From the NCBI GenBank assembly GCA_016935365.1, contig JAFGRB010000013.1, positions 15,990 through 79,989 of the forward strand: DNA of 64,000 nt. The letters run 5' to 3'. Shown here piece by piece: positions 1 to 9,008 of the stretch. This stretch comes from Deltaproteobacteria bacterium. GTDB lineage: Bacteria > Myxococcota > B64-G9. Numbering within the stretch: the first letter of the stretch is position 1; each line of letters begins with the position of its first letter. A program made the position numbers and the translations under genes. The notes beneath the pieces are model-generated. The model saw nothing but the letters and a program-made list of their open reading frames with translations, ran no database searches and was not told the origin of the DNA.

Positions 1-183
1 GCACAGCGCCCTGGCGATCAGGATGGCCAGGATGGCGTACTCCGCAAAGTGCAGGAGCTTGTCGGAGAGCGGAAAGCTGAGCAGCACCGGCGGGCGCGTC
101 ATCGAGGACAGCGATACGATCAGTGCGATGTAGACGGCGATGGGAATCCAGAACACGAGGAGCTTGCGCAGGAGCCGGGGCAT
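1..183 (-). CDS. VanZ-like membrane protein, N-terminal part; gene runs off the window start
   Basis: Minus-strand ATG at 183 with an open frame to position 1. Translation MPRLLRKLLVFWIPIAVYIALIVSLSSMTRPPVLLSFPLSDKLLHFAEYAILAILIARALC shows the VanZ-type hydrophobic helices and a DKxxHFxxY motif. It lies 13 nt downstream of the BFN gene on the same strand. Confidence 0.5.
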   Translation of the reverse strand, partial: MPRLLRKLLVFWIPIAVYIALIVSLSSMTRPPVLLSFPLSDKLLHFAEYAILAILIARALC

Positions 184-196
184 GGATGGGCTTCGG

Positions 197-787
197 TCAC
201 ATCTTGTACTTGCCGAAGTCCTCCGGCTTGAGGTTCTCGAGGATCTCGGTCCAGCGGTCCTTGTCCTTCTTCTTGCCTTCCTTGCTCTCGCCCTCCGCGC
301 CCTGCTCCTCTTCCTTGCCGAGCACCTGCTTGAGCGCATCCATGTCCAGCTGCTGGGAGCTGTCGATCACCTTGCGGGTCGCGAAGATCTGGGCTCCCGC
401 GCGAAGGGCCAGGGCGATGGCGTCCGAGGGCCGGGAGTCGACCTCCAGGCTCTCGCCGTCCCGCTCGATGTACAGCGAGGCGTAGAAGGTCCCGTCCTTG
501 AGATCGTTGACCACGATGCGCGTGAGCTTCCCGCCCATCGCGACCAGCAGGCTCTTGAGGAGATCGTGGGTCATGGGCCGCGCGAGCTGGATGCCCTCGA
601 GCTCGGTGGCAATCGCGGAGGCCTCGACCAGGCCGATCCAGATCGGGATGGCAACAGTGTCGTCGACGTCCTTCAGGATAATGATCGGCATGTTGTTGGT
701 CGGGTCCAGCGTCACCCCGGCCACCGTCATCTGCACTTCCTCGTTGTTCGCGCAAGCGTCGTCGGTCATCCAGGCCTCCTGACCCAT
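197..787 (-). CDS. bifunctional nuclease (BFN/DUF151) family protein
   Basis: 196-aa ORF with the DUF151 core (PIIILKDVDDTVAIPIWIGLVEASAIA...RPMTHDLL) and an acidic/lysine-rich C-terminal tail. Confidence 0.8.
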   Translation of the reverse strand: MGQEAWMTDDACANNEEVQMTVAGVTLDPTNNMPIIILKDVDDTVAIPIWIGLVEASAIATELEGIQLARPMTHDLLKSLLVAMGGKLTRIVVNDLKDGTFYASLYIERDGESLEVDSRPSDAIALALRAGAQIFATRKVIDSSQQLDMDALKQVLGKEEEQGAEGESKEGKKKDKDRWTEILENLKPEDFGKYKM

Positions 788-913
788 CCTATCGGCTCCA
801 GGGGGTGCCTTGTCAACCCCAGTGCGCTTCGATGTGCCAGGCGTCGAGAGATCGCTTGGCGGTAATCGGTGCTCACCTCGGCCGGTGGGATCCGTGGATG
901 CGGACGTAGTCGT

Positions 914-1144
914 TCAGGTGGCGATGGGCCTCGTCGTCGGGGCTCCCCGCAGCCAGTCGGACGGGTGATGCTCTTCCCAGCAGCGAAGCCCGGCCTCGCC
1001 CAGGGCGCAGGCGGATTGAAAGCCGAAGCCCCTGCCGAGCGCCACCTGCTCGATCCTCGTTTGACAGGCAGGCTCGGAGCGATCCGCAAGCGGCCAGAGG
1101 GCGAATGCGAGGCAGGCGGCGCTCCACATGCCAGGTCCGCGCAT
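914..1144 (-). CDS. small hypothetical protein (76 aa) with a hydrophobic N-terminus and four Cys
   Basis: This is the only ORF with high GC3 in the otherwise empty 787-1262 interval. The N-terminus MWSAACLAFALWPLA looks like a signal peptide. No family was recognised; it could be spurious. Confidence 0.2.
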   Translation of the reverse strand: MRGPGMWSAACLAFALWPLADRSEPACQTRIEQVALGRGFGFQSACALGEAGLRCWEEHHPSDWLRGAPTTRPIAT

Positions 1145-1262
1145 GGCTCCGAATCTCGCACACCCGTCCTCCGAATCCCAGGACCATCGGGAGCCGTGCT
1201 CGACAGAACAGCAAGGCTTGATCCGTCATTCATCTCATATCACCGCCGGAGAGGAGAGCGGA

Positions 1263-2354
1263 ATGAAAAGACTGATCATCCATATCCTTGGGATCTTCCT
1301 CGCCCTGCCGGCCGTCGCCGGTGAGGGCAGCGGGCCGACTCCGCTCGACGACAACCATCTCCTGGGACCGGCCCAGCTGATCGACAACCTGACCATCTTC
1401 CCCGTCTTCGCCAAGAAGCCATCGGAATTCAAGGAGGTAATCAGCCTGACCCACGCCTTGAAGGACGGCCAGGCCGAGATCCGGGAGCTGGGTGCGCAGA
1501 CCGGGCCCATCCGCCAGGGATCGAGCTCGCAGGTTCAGGCACAGCCGCAAGTCCTGGATGGGGCTCAGGTGGGCACGCTGGTGATCGAGAACAAGGGCAA
1601 GAAGCACATCCTGGTCCTGGCCGGCACCGTCCTGTACGGCGGCAAGCAGGATCGGCTGGTGGCTCAGGACTTCGTGGTGGGGCCCGAGTCGACCATTCCG
1701 GTGGGCGCCTTCTGCATCGAGCAGGGTCGCTGGACCGGAAATCGCATGGGCCAGACCACTAATGGCAAGTTCGGCGCCATGGAGCAGCTGGCCACCACAT
1801 CGGTCCGGAAGGCCGGACAGTACAAGGGCAACCAGGGCATGGTCTGGGCCAACGTCAGCAAGGTCAACGCATACAACATGGTCAGCTCGAGCTCGGGCAC
1901 CCTCTTCGCCACCCTGGACGACGAGCATGTCAAGGCCCAGAGGGAGACGATAGCGAAGAAGATCCGAGCGCATCTTCAAGCGTCGGGCAAGGAGAAGAAC
2001 CTGGTGGGGCTCGCCTACGCCATCGACGGCAAGGTGAGCGGTGTGCGCTGGTTTCTGAACAAGCAGATCTTCACCGAGTTTCGCGACACGATCATCCACA
2101 CCGCAGCCGTCGACTCCATCACCGCCCAGGCCAGGGCGAGGCAGGCCGAGAAGAAGAGGGTCACGGCGCCCGCCAAGCCCGAGGACGTGGCCGCGTTCGT
2201 CGAAAATCTTCGCTCGGTCAAGGTCAGCCAGCGCAATATCACCAGCGGACTGAACGTCAACGAGATCCGCGTCACGGAGAAGGGCTTCAAGCAAGATTGC
2301 AAAATGATCGACGCCTTTCCCGATCCCATCACCACCGACTTCCTCGCAGAGTGA
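1263..2354 (+). CDS. hypothetical secreted protein
   Basis: ATG at 1263 is preceded by GGAGAGGAGAG. The signal peptide is MKRLIIHILGIFLALPAVAG. The frame has high GC3; no recognisable domain. Confidence 0.65.
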   Translation: MKRLIIHILGIFLALPAVAGEGSGPTPLDDNHLLGPAQLIDNLTIFPVFAKKPSEFKEVISLTHALKDGQAEIRELGAQTGPIRQGSSSQVQAQPQVLDGAQVGTLVIENKGKKHILVLAGTVLYGGKQDRLVAQDFVVGPESTIPVGAFCIEQGRWTGNRMGQTTNGKFGAMEQLATTSVRKAGQYKGNQGMVWANVSKVNAYNMVSSSSGTLFATLDDEHVKAQRETIAKKIRAHLQASGKEKNLVGLAYAIDGKVSGVRWFLNKQIFTEFRDTIIHTAAVDSITAQARARQAEKKRVTAPAKPEDVAAFVENLRSVKVSQRNITSGLNVNEIRVTEKGFKQDCKMIDAFPDPITTDFLAE

Positions 2355-2390
2355 TGCGTTCGAGCTGCCTCTTCGTTCGTCGAGCATGCT

Positions 2391-2750
2391 CTACCCGCAC
2401 GAGCCCCCCGCGCACTCCTTGCTCCTCTTCCAATCGGCGAGCCTCTCGAGCAGCTCGGCAGGCACCCGCCCCTCTAGCACGGCGGGCAGCATCTCGATCA
2501 CCCGGGCCTGGGCCGGGCCCGGATCGTTGGCGATCCGGAAGTAGACCCAGATCGCATCGCGCCGATCGCATAGAAGGCCGGCATGGACCAGGTGCCGGAG
2601 GTGACGCGACGCCTTGGACTGGGTGATCGCCAGCGCATGGACGAAGTCGCAGACACACAGCTCGCCCTCGCCCTGCTCGAGCAGGAGGCCGATCATCTTG
2701 AGCCTGGTCTCGTCAGACAGGGCCTTGAAGACTGTCGTCAGCGCACGCAT
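2391..2750 (-). CDS. arsR: ArsR/SmtB family metalloregulatory repressor
   Basis: HTH_5 core ALSDETRLKMIGLLLEQGELCVCDFVHALAITQSKASRHLRHLVHAGLL with the metal-site Cys pair CVC. Start chosen at ATG 2750 (MRALTTVF) with GGAGGA 9 nt upstream. The track start at 2807 would leave only 16 nt to arsM. Confidence 0.8.
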   Translation of the reverse strand: MRALTTVFKALSDETRLKMIGLLLEQGEGELCVCDFVHALAITQSKASRHLRHLVHAGLLCDRRDAIWVYFRIANDPGPAQARVIEMLPAVLEGRVPAELLERLADWKRSKECAGGSCG

Positions 2751-2788
2751 GCCAGGGCTTCCTCCACCAATCACTTGCATATACTCGG

Positions 2789-2801
2789 ATAACCGGGTTA
2801 T
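2789..2801. promoter_or_regulatory. 13-bp perfect palindrome ATAACCGGGTTAT; candidate ArsR operator overlapping an arsM promoter
   Basis: Palindrome seen directly in the sequence, centred in the 73-bp arsR-arsM divergent intergenic region. It is flanked by TTGCAT (2775-2780) and TATAGT (2800-2805) sigma-70-like hexamers. Confidence 0.45.
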
Positions 2802-2823
2802 AGTCAAGAATCGAGGAGGCGAG

Positions 2824-3651
2824 ATGAACGAATCGGATGGCAGCCGTAAAAAAATCTCGGCAGACTATGCCAACGCCTTGAAATCGTTTCCGAAATATTG
2901 CTGCGCTGGCCAGGTGCCCAAGGGCGTCGCGGCAGGGAGCGCTGGCTACCATAGCTCTGAGCTGGCCTCGCTTCCACCTGATGCGGTGGTCAACTCCTTC
3001 GGCTGCGGCAACCCGGTGGCCTTCTCGGCGGTCGAGCCAGGGCAGGTCGTGCTCGACCTCGGCTCCGGCGCCGGGATCGACCTGCTGCTGGCGGCTGCAA
3101 AGGTCGGATCCACAGGCCGGGTCATCGGTGTGGACATGACCGAGGAGATGCTGGACAAGGCCAGGGAGAACGTCGCCTCCGCCGGGCTCACCAACGTCGA
3201 GCTGCGCCGCGGCATCATCGAGCAGCTGCCGGTCGAGAGTGGCTCCGTGGACTGGGTCATCTCCAACTGCGCAATCAACCTCTCGCCCGAGAAGCATCGC
3301 GTCTTCGCCGAGATCGCCCGCGTGCTGCGGCCCGGAGGGACGATGCTGGTCTCGGACATCACAGCCGAGGACCTGCCGGAGGCCATCTCCAGCAACCGCA
3401 ACCTGCGCTCGGCCTGCATCGCCGGCGCCATCAGCGAGCAGGCCTACATCGACGGGCTGCGTCAGGCCGGACTTGCCGAAATCGAGGTCCTCGAGCGCCT
3501 GGTCTACGATGCTTCGCAGATCGAGATGTTCTTCGGCCCGAGCGGCACATGCTGCGGCGCCTCCATCAACCCGGCGCAGGCAAGGCAATGGGCCGCGCAG
3601 CTGGCCGGAAGGGTCGCCAGCATCAAGGTCCGGGCGCGAAAGAGAACCTAG
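2824..3651 (+). CDS. arsM: arsenite S-adenosylmethionine methyltransferase (ArsM/AS3MT family)
   Basis: SAM-MTase motif I VLDLGSGAGIDLL. Conserved Cys residues occur near the N-terminus (FGCGNP) and in the C-terminal region. RBS GAGGAGG precedes ATG 2824. Divergent from arsR. Confidence 0.85.
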   Translation: MNESDGSRKKISADYANALKSFPKYCCAGQVPKGVAAGSAGYHSSELASLPPDAVVNSFGCGNPVAFSAVEPGQVVLDLGSGAGIDLLLAAAKVGSTGRVIGVDMTEEMLDKARENVASAGLTNVELRRGIIEQLPVESGSVDWVISNCAINLSPEKHRVFAEIARVLRPGGTMLVSDITAEDLPEAISSNRNLRSACIAGAISEQAYIDGLRQAGLAEIEVLERLVYDASQIEMFFGPSGTCCGASINPAQARQWAAQLAGRVASIKVRARKRT

Positions 3652-3682
3652 CCTGGCGTTTTTTCGACACGCCAATTCCGGA

Positions 3683-4570
3683 TCAACGGTTCACGAGCCC
3701 GAGCCGCTCGCGGCACTGCTCGACCGTGGCCGGCTCGCGGCCCTGGTCGCGGATCATCCGGGCCGCCTTCTCGACCAGCTCGCCGTTGGATCCGGCCATC
3801 CGGCCGGGCGCCACGTAGAAGTTGTCCTCCAGGCCCACCCGGACGTTGCCGCCCAGTGCGCAGGCCGCGGCCAGCATGCGCCACTGCTGGTGGCTGACGC
3901 AGATGATCTCCCACTCGGCCCGCTCGGGCAGCGAGCCGACCAGGTAGCTCAGGGCCGGCACCGTCGGCGGGATGCCGCCCACCACGCCCATGATCAGGCT
4001 GTACTGGAATGGCGGCTCCAGCAGCCCCATGTCGATCAGCGGGTAGGAGTTGGCCACGTGACCGGCGTCGAAGCACTCCATCTCGGGCCGCGTCTGCACG
4101 GCCTTCATCTGGGTCAGGAGCTCGACGATCTCGGAGAAGGGGTTCGGGAAGACGAACTCGAACACGAAGCCCTTCCTGCCCGGGTGGTACTTGGCGTAGT
4201 TCATCGAGCCCATGTTCAGCGCGGCCAGGGCGGGGCGGATCTCGCGCACCGGGGCGATCTTCTGCTCGGTGCTCACCCCCACCGCCCCGGTGGAGAAGTT
4301 GACGGCGATCGGGCAGGCCGCGGTGACCGCCTCGTAGATGGCCCGGTAGTCGCTCACCTCGTAGGACGGGGAGCCGTCGACGGAGCGGGCGTGGATGTGG
4401 ACCACGGCCGCGCCCGCCTCGTAGGCCCGCCTGGCCTCGGCCGCGTACTCCTCCGGCCGGTAGGGGATGGCCGGGCACTGGTCCCGGTTGGCCACCACGC
4501 CGGACAGGGCGCAGGTGATGATGCACGCCCGGTCGGGATCGGTCTTCGGGCCGTGGACGAGCTCGTGCAT
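3683..4570 (-). CDS. 3-keto-5-aminohexanoate cleavage enzyme family (BKACE/DUF849) protein
   Basis: 295-aa TIM-barrel-like protein with BKACE-typical segments (CIITCALSGV...VHIHARS...NMGSMNY...GLEDN). Confidence 0.75.
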   Translation of the reverse strand: MHELVHGPKTDPDRACIITCALSGVVANRDQCPAIPYRPEEYAAEARRAYEAGAAVVHIHARSVDGSPSYEVSDYRAIYEAVTAACPIAVNFSTGAVGVSTEQKIAPVREIRPALAALNMGSMNYAKYHPGRKGFVFEFVFPNPFSEIVELLTQMKAVQTRPEMECFDAGHVANSYPLIDMGLLEPPFQYSLIMGVVGGIPPTVPALSYLVGSLPERAEWEIICVSHQQWRMLAAACALGGNVRVGLEDNFYVAPGRMAGSNGELVEKAARMIRDQGREPATVEQCRERLGLVNR

Positions 4571-4582
4571 GGCTATACCTCG

Positions 4583-5353
4583 CTAGCGGTTCTTCCACTC
4601 GGGCTTGCGCTTTTCCAGGAATGACGAGATGCCCTCGGCTGCGTCCGCGGTGCACAGCAGCTCCACCAGGGCCTCGGCCAGGATCGGGGTCGCGTCCGCG
4701 AGGCACAGGTGTCGGGTCCGGGCCAGGGCCTTGCGGCCGATGCGCACCGCCGAGGGGCTTACCGAGAGCAGCTGCTCGGCGAGCTCGTCCACCGTATCGT
4801 CCAGCTCGGCCCTGGGCACCACGCGGTTGACCAGGCCCCAGTCGAGTGCCTGGCTGGCCGGGATGCGCTGCCCGGTGAAGAAGAGCTCGTAGGCCCGCTT
4901 GGGTCCGATGTGGCGCACGATCCAGGGGGCGATCAGCATCGGGAAGACCCCCGAGCGGACCTCCGGCGTGCCGAGCTTCACGTCGTCGGCCGCCACGGCC
5001 AGGTCGCAGCCGAGCATCAGCCCGACCCCGCCCCCCACGCAGTGGCCGTTGACCCGGGCCAGGAGCGGGGTGCCCAGTTCGCTCATCTTCTGCATGAGCG
5101 CGCCGAAGGCGCGGATCGTCTCTCCTGCCCCGCCCTGGCCCATGTCGGAGGCCAGGTCGCCGCCGGCGCAGAACGCCCGCTTGCCCGCCCCGGTCAGGAC
5201 GATCAGCCGGATATCGCGATCGGCGTCGGCTGCCTCCAGCTGGGCTGTCAAGGCGGCCACCAGGCCGCTGTCCAGCGCGTTTCGCCGATCCGGGCGGTTG
5301 AGGGTCAAGTTCAGACGATGAACCTGCCTTTCGACCAAGAGACGCTCAGCCAT
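4583..5353 (-). CDS. enoyl-CoA hydratase/isomerase (crotonase) family, methylglutaconyl-CoA hydratase-like
   Basis: Crotonase signature LTGAGKRAFCAGGDL...CVGGGVGL. It is adjacent to the methylcrotonyl-CoA carboxylase genes. Confidence 0.8.
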   Translation of the reverse strand: MAERLLVERQVHRLNLTLNRPDRRNALDSGLVAALTAQLEAADADRDIRLIVLTGAGKRAFCAGGDLASDMGQGGAGETIRAFGALMQKMSELGTPLLARVNGHCVGGGVGLMLGCDLAVAADDVKLGTPEVRSGVFPMLIAPWIVRHIGPKRAYELFFTGQRIPASQALDWGLVNRVVPRAELDDTVDELAEQLLSVSPSAVRIGRKALARTRHLCLADATPILAEALVELLCTADAAEGISSFLEKRKPEWKNR

Positions 5354-7366
5354 TCGAGCCCTCCTTCGTCACCGTGACCAGCACGTCGCCCGGGCTCACC
5401 TTGTCGCCGGGTGCGGCCCGGATCTCAGACACCACCCCGTCGTGGGGCGCGACCAGGGTGGACTCCATCTTCATGGCCGAGACCACGACCACGGGCTGGC
5501 CCTGTACGACCCGGTCGCCGAGGGCCACGAGCAGCTCGACCACCACCGCGGGCATGGGCGGCGTGACCTCGGGCGGGGGCGCGCGGTCCTGCGCTCCGCG
5601 GCGCGCGCGCACGGGCTCGATCCGCGCATGGCAGCCCATGGCGCTCGCGTGCACCCGGCCGCGATCTACGGCCAGGTGGAAGGTGAAGCTGCGATCTCCG
5701 AGCTGGATCCGAAGCCGCTGCGGATCGATCGAGCGGTAGGTGCAGCAGAGCGCCCGCCCGTCCACCAGCGCCTCGATGCGTCCCGGCTCCCGGGCCTGCA
5801 CGCTGACTGCGCGCTCCTCCCCGGCCACCCGGATCGCGCGCGCCTTTTCTTTCGGGTGCGTCAATCCTCCATCCTCCAACGGCCCAGTGTCCGCCAGGGA
5901 TCGATCCCGGGCACGCTCGACTCTTCCCTCTGTCGGGCCTGGCTCTCGGCGCGGGTCAGGCCCTCGGCCTCGGCCGCGAGCCAGCCTAGAAGAAGCGCGT
6001 CCAGCCTCGCGGGGTCCGGGCGCCAGTCTGGAAAGTGGCGCTCGAGAAAGCCGGTGTCGATCCGTCCCTGCCGGAAGGTCTCGGACGAGACGATGTCCAG
6101 CAGCAGCTCGATGTCCGTGTCCACCCCCAGGATGGCGGTCTCGGCCAGGGCCCGCGCCATGCGCGCCAGGGCTGCCTCCCGGCCGGCGCCCCAGGCGATC
6201 AGCTTGGCCAGGATGGGATCGTAGTGGACCGGCACCTGGCTGCCGGCCTCCACACCGCAGTCGAATCGAATCCCGGGGCCTGCTGGTGCGTGCAGGTAGA
6301 GGACCCTCCCCGGGCTGGGCAGGAAGCCGGCCCTGGGGTCCTCGGCGTAGATCCGGCACTCGATCGCGTGGCCGCGGCGGGTGATCGATTCTTGATCGAA
6401 GCCCAGCGGCTCTCCGGCCGCGATCTGGATCTGCTGGCGGACCAGGTCCAGCCCGCAGATGGCCTCGGTCACCGGGTGCTCGACCTGCAGCCGGGCGTTG
6501 ACCTCCATGAAGTAGAACGCCCCACCCGGCTCGAGCAGGAACTCGACCGTGCCGGCGTTCTGGTAGCCGGACTCCCGGGCGACCCGCAGGGCCGCGGCGC
6601 AGATCTGCGCCCGCAGATCCTCGTCCAGGGCGGTCGAGGGCGCCTCCTCGACGATCTTCTGGTGTCGTCTCTGGATCGAGCACTCGCGCTCGAAGAGGTG
6701 GACCGCCCGGCCCTGGGAGTCGGCCAGCACCTGGACCTCCACGTGGCGGGGGTTCTGGATGCAGCGCTCCAGGTAGATCCGCCCGTCGCCGAAGGCGCTC
6801 TGGGCCTCGTTGCTCGCGCGGCGCACGGCCTCGGCCAGCTCTTCCCGGCTGTCCACCCGGCGCATGCCCTTGCCGCCTCCGCCCGCGGCCGCCTTGAGCA
6901 TGACCGGCAGCCCGATCCCGTCTGCCTCGGCCGCCAGGGCCCCGGGATCGCTCGTGGGCTCCGCCGATCCCGGGATGACCGGCACCGAGGCCGCACTGGC
7001 CAGCCGCCGGGCCTCGGTCTTGTCCCCGACCGCGCGGAGCGCATCCGCCGGCGGCCCGATGAAGGTCAGCCCGGCGTCCGCGCAGGCCTGGGCGAAGTCG
7101 GCGTTCTCGGCCAAAAAGCCGTATCCGGGGTGGATCGCCTGGGCGCCGGTGGCCCGGGCAGCGGCCAGGATGGCGCCCTGGTCCAGGTAGGACCGGGCCG
7201 GCTCGTCGTCTGCCAGGGCGACCGCCTCGTCCGCGGCCAGGGTGTGGACCGAGTCCCGGTCCACAGGCGCATACACGGCCGCGCAACGGATGCCCATCTC
7301 CCGGCAGGTGCGTATGATCCGCAGCGCGATCTCGCCCCGGTTGGCGATCAGGATCTTTTCCAGCAT
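5346..7366 (-). CDS. 3-methylcrotonyl-CoA (acyl-CoA) carboxylase alpha subunit; biotin carboxylase plus biotinyl (AMKME) domain, interrupted by an apparent frameshift near 5861-5900
   Basis: The frame from 7366 down to 5861 encodes the biotin carboxylase domain (MLEKILIANRGEIALRIIRTCREMGI...) and ends at a stop at 5861. A different frame from about 5900 down to 5346 encodes the BT-like region and the biotinyl domain VVVSAMKMESTLVAPHDGVV with no start codon of its own. The combined length of 673 aa matches a single alpha subunit. Confidence 0.7.
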
Positions 7367-7379
7367 CTCGATCCGGCCC

Positions 7380-8996
7380 TCACATCCGGAAGATCCCGTA
7401 GCCCCAGGGCTCCGAGCGCAGCGGGGCGTTCAGGGCGGCCGACAGCCCCAGGGCGAGCACATCCCGGGTCCTGGCCGGATCCAGGATGCCGTCGTCCCAG
7501 AGATTGGCGGTCGAGTGGTAGGCGCTGCCCTCCTGCTCGGCCGCCTGGCGGATGGGCTCCTGGATGGCGGCCTTGTCCTCCTCGCTCATCGGCGGCAGGC
7601 CCTCGCGGGCGAGCTGGTCGTTCTTGACCGAGACCAGCACCGCCGCGGCCTGCTCGGGGCCCATGACCCCGATCCGGGCGTTGGGCCACATCCACAAGAA
7701 GCGCGGCCCGTAGGCCCGGCCGCACATGCCGTAGTTGCCCGCCCCGAAGGAGGCCCCGACGATGACCGTCAGCTTGGGCACCGTGGCCGTGGCGACCGCG
7801 TTGACCATCTTGTGCCCGTCCTTGGTGATCCCGCCGCGCTCATACTCGCGGCCGATCATGTAGCCGTTGATGTTCTGCAGGAAGATCAGCGGCACCCCGT
7901 CCCGGTCGCAGAGCTGGATGAACTGGGTGGCCTTGAGCGAGCTCTCCGAGAAGAGCACCCCGTTGTTGCCCAGGATGCCGACCTGCATGCCGTGCAGGTA
8001 GGCCCAGCCGCAGACCAAGGTCGGCCCGTAGTCGCGCTTGAACTCGTGGAACTCGCTGCCGTCGACCATCCGGGCCAGGACCTCTCGCACGTCGTAAGGG
8101 GTGGCCAGGGACTCGGGCACGATCCCGTAGATCTCTGCCGGATCGTAGAGCGGCTCGGCCGGCTCACGGGTGGGGATGCGGGTCTTGTGTGCCGGCGGCA
8201 GCAAGGCCACCAGGTCCCGGACGATGGCCAGGGCGTGGGCGTCGTCCTCGGCGAAGTAGTCGCTCACCCCCGACTCGCTGCAGTGGACCCGCGCACCGCC
8301 CAGTTCCTCGGCGCTCACCTCCTCGCCGGTGGCCGCCCGGACCAGAGGCGGTCCGCCCAGGAAGATGGCCCCGGTGCGGTTCACGTGAACGGCGTGATCG
8401 GACATGGCCGGGATGTAGGCCGCACCCGCGGTGCACAGCCCCATCACGCAGGTGATCTGCGAGATGCCCAGCTTGGACATGATGGCCTGGTTGTAGAAGA
8501 CCCGCCCCCCGTCGTCGATGTCCGGAAAGAGCTCGCTCTGCAGCGGCAGGAAGGCGCCCCCCGAGTCCACCAGGCTGATGGCGGGCAGCCGGTTCTCCAT
8601 GGCGATCGTCTGGCAGCGGAGCGTCTTCTTGACCCCCATGGGGTAGATGGTCCCGCCCTTGATGCGGGCGTCGTTGGCCGTGACCATCACCTCCCGGCCC
8701 GCGACCCGCCCGATGCCCGCCAGGCTGCCGGCGCCGTGCACCCGGCCGTCGTACATGCCCCGGGCCGCCAGCGGGGCGATCTCCAGGAAGGGAGCGTCGG
8801 GATCCAAAAGCCGCTCCAGGCGCTCCTCGACCGGCAGCTTGCCCTGGGAGGTATGGCGCTTCTGGGCCTTGTCCGAGCGGTCCATGTGCGCTCGCTGCAG
8901 CTCGGCCTTCAGGTCGGCCACCAGGGACCGCATGGCCTGCTCGTTCTTCTTGAACTCGGCGCTGCGGGTGTCCACCCGGGACTCGATGACCTCCAT
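7380..8996 (-). CDS. methylcrotonyl-CoA carboxylase beta subunit (carboxyltransferase)
   Basis: 538 aa with two carboxyltransferase (crotonase-fold) domains and typical motifs (GGTIYPMGVKK...GASFGAGNYGMCGRAY). Confidence 0.9.
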   Translation of the reverse strand: MEVIESRVDTRSAEFKKNEQAMRSLVADLKAELQRAHMDRSDKAQKRHTSQGKLPVEERLERLLDPDAPFLEIAPLAARGMYDGRVHGAGSLAGIGRVAGREVMVTANDARIKGGTIYPMGVKKTLRCQTIAMENRLPAISLVDSGGAFLPLQSELFPDIDDGGRVFYNQAIMSKLGISQITCVMGLCTAGAAYIPAMSDHAVHVNRTGAIFLGGPPLVRAATGEEVSAEELGGARVHCSESGVSDYFAEDDAHALAIVRDLVALLPPAHKTRIPTREPAEPLYDPAEIYGIVPESLATPYDVREVLARMVDGSEFHEFKRDYGPTLVCGWAYLHGMQVGILGNNGVLFSESSLKATQFIQLCDRDGVPLIFLQNINGYMIGREYERGGITKDGHKMVNAVATATVPKLTVIVGASFGAGNYGMCGRAYGPRFLWMWPNARIGVMGPEQAAAVLVSVKNDQLAREGLPPMSEEDKAAIQEPIRQAAEQEGSAYHSTANLWDDGILDPARTRDVLALGLSAALNAPLRSEPWGYGIFRM

Positions 8997-9008
8997 GGAC
9001 AGTTCCTC

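Noticed and set aside
787-1262. tRNA or small RNA in the 475-bp gap
   Set aside because: No cloverleaf-compatible stretch with T-loop or anticodon-arm features was recognised by eye. Only a low-confidence small ORF is reported there. A tRNAscan or Infernal run would be needed to be sure.
5346-7286. 646-aa minus-strand ORF overlapping the biotin carboxylase frame
   Set aside because: Only its last ~170 codons (BT and biotinyl domains) look real. The upstream part is an alternative-frame artefact of the carboxylase gene, treated instead as the downstream half of a frameshifted alpha-subunit gene.
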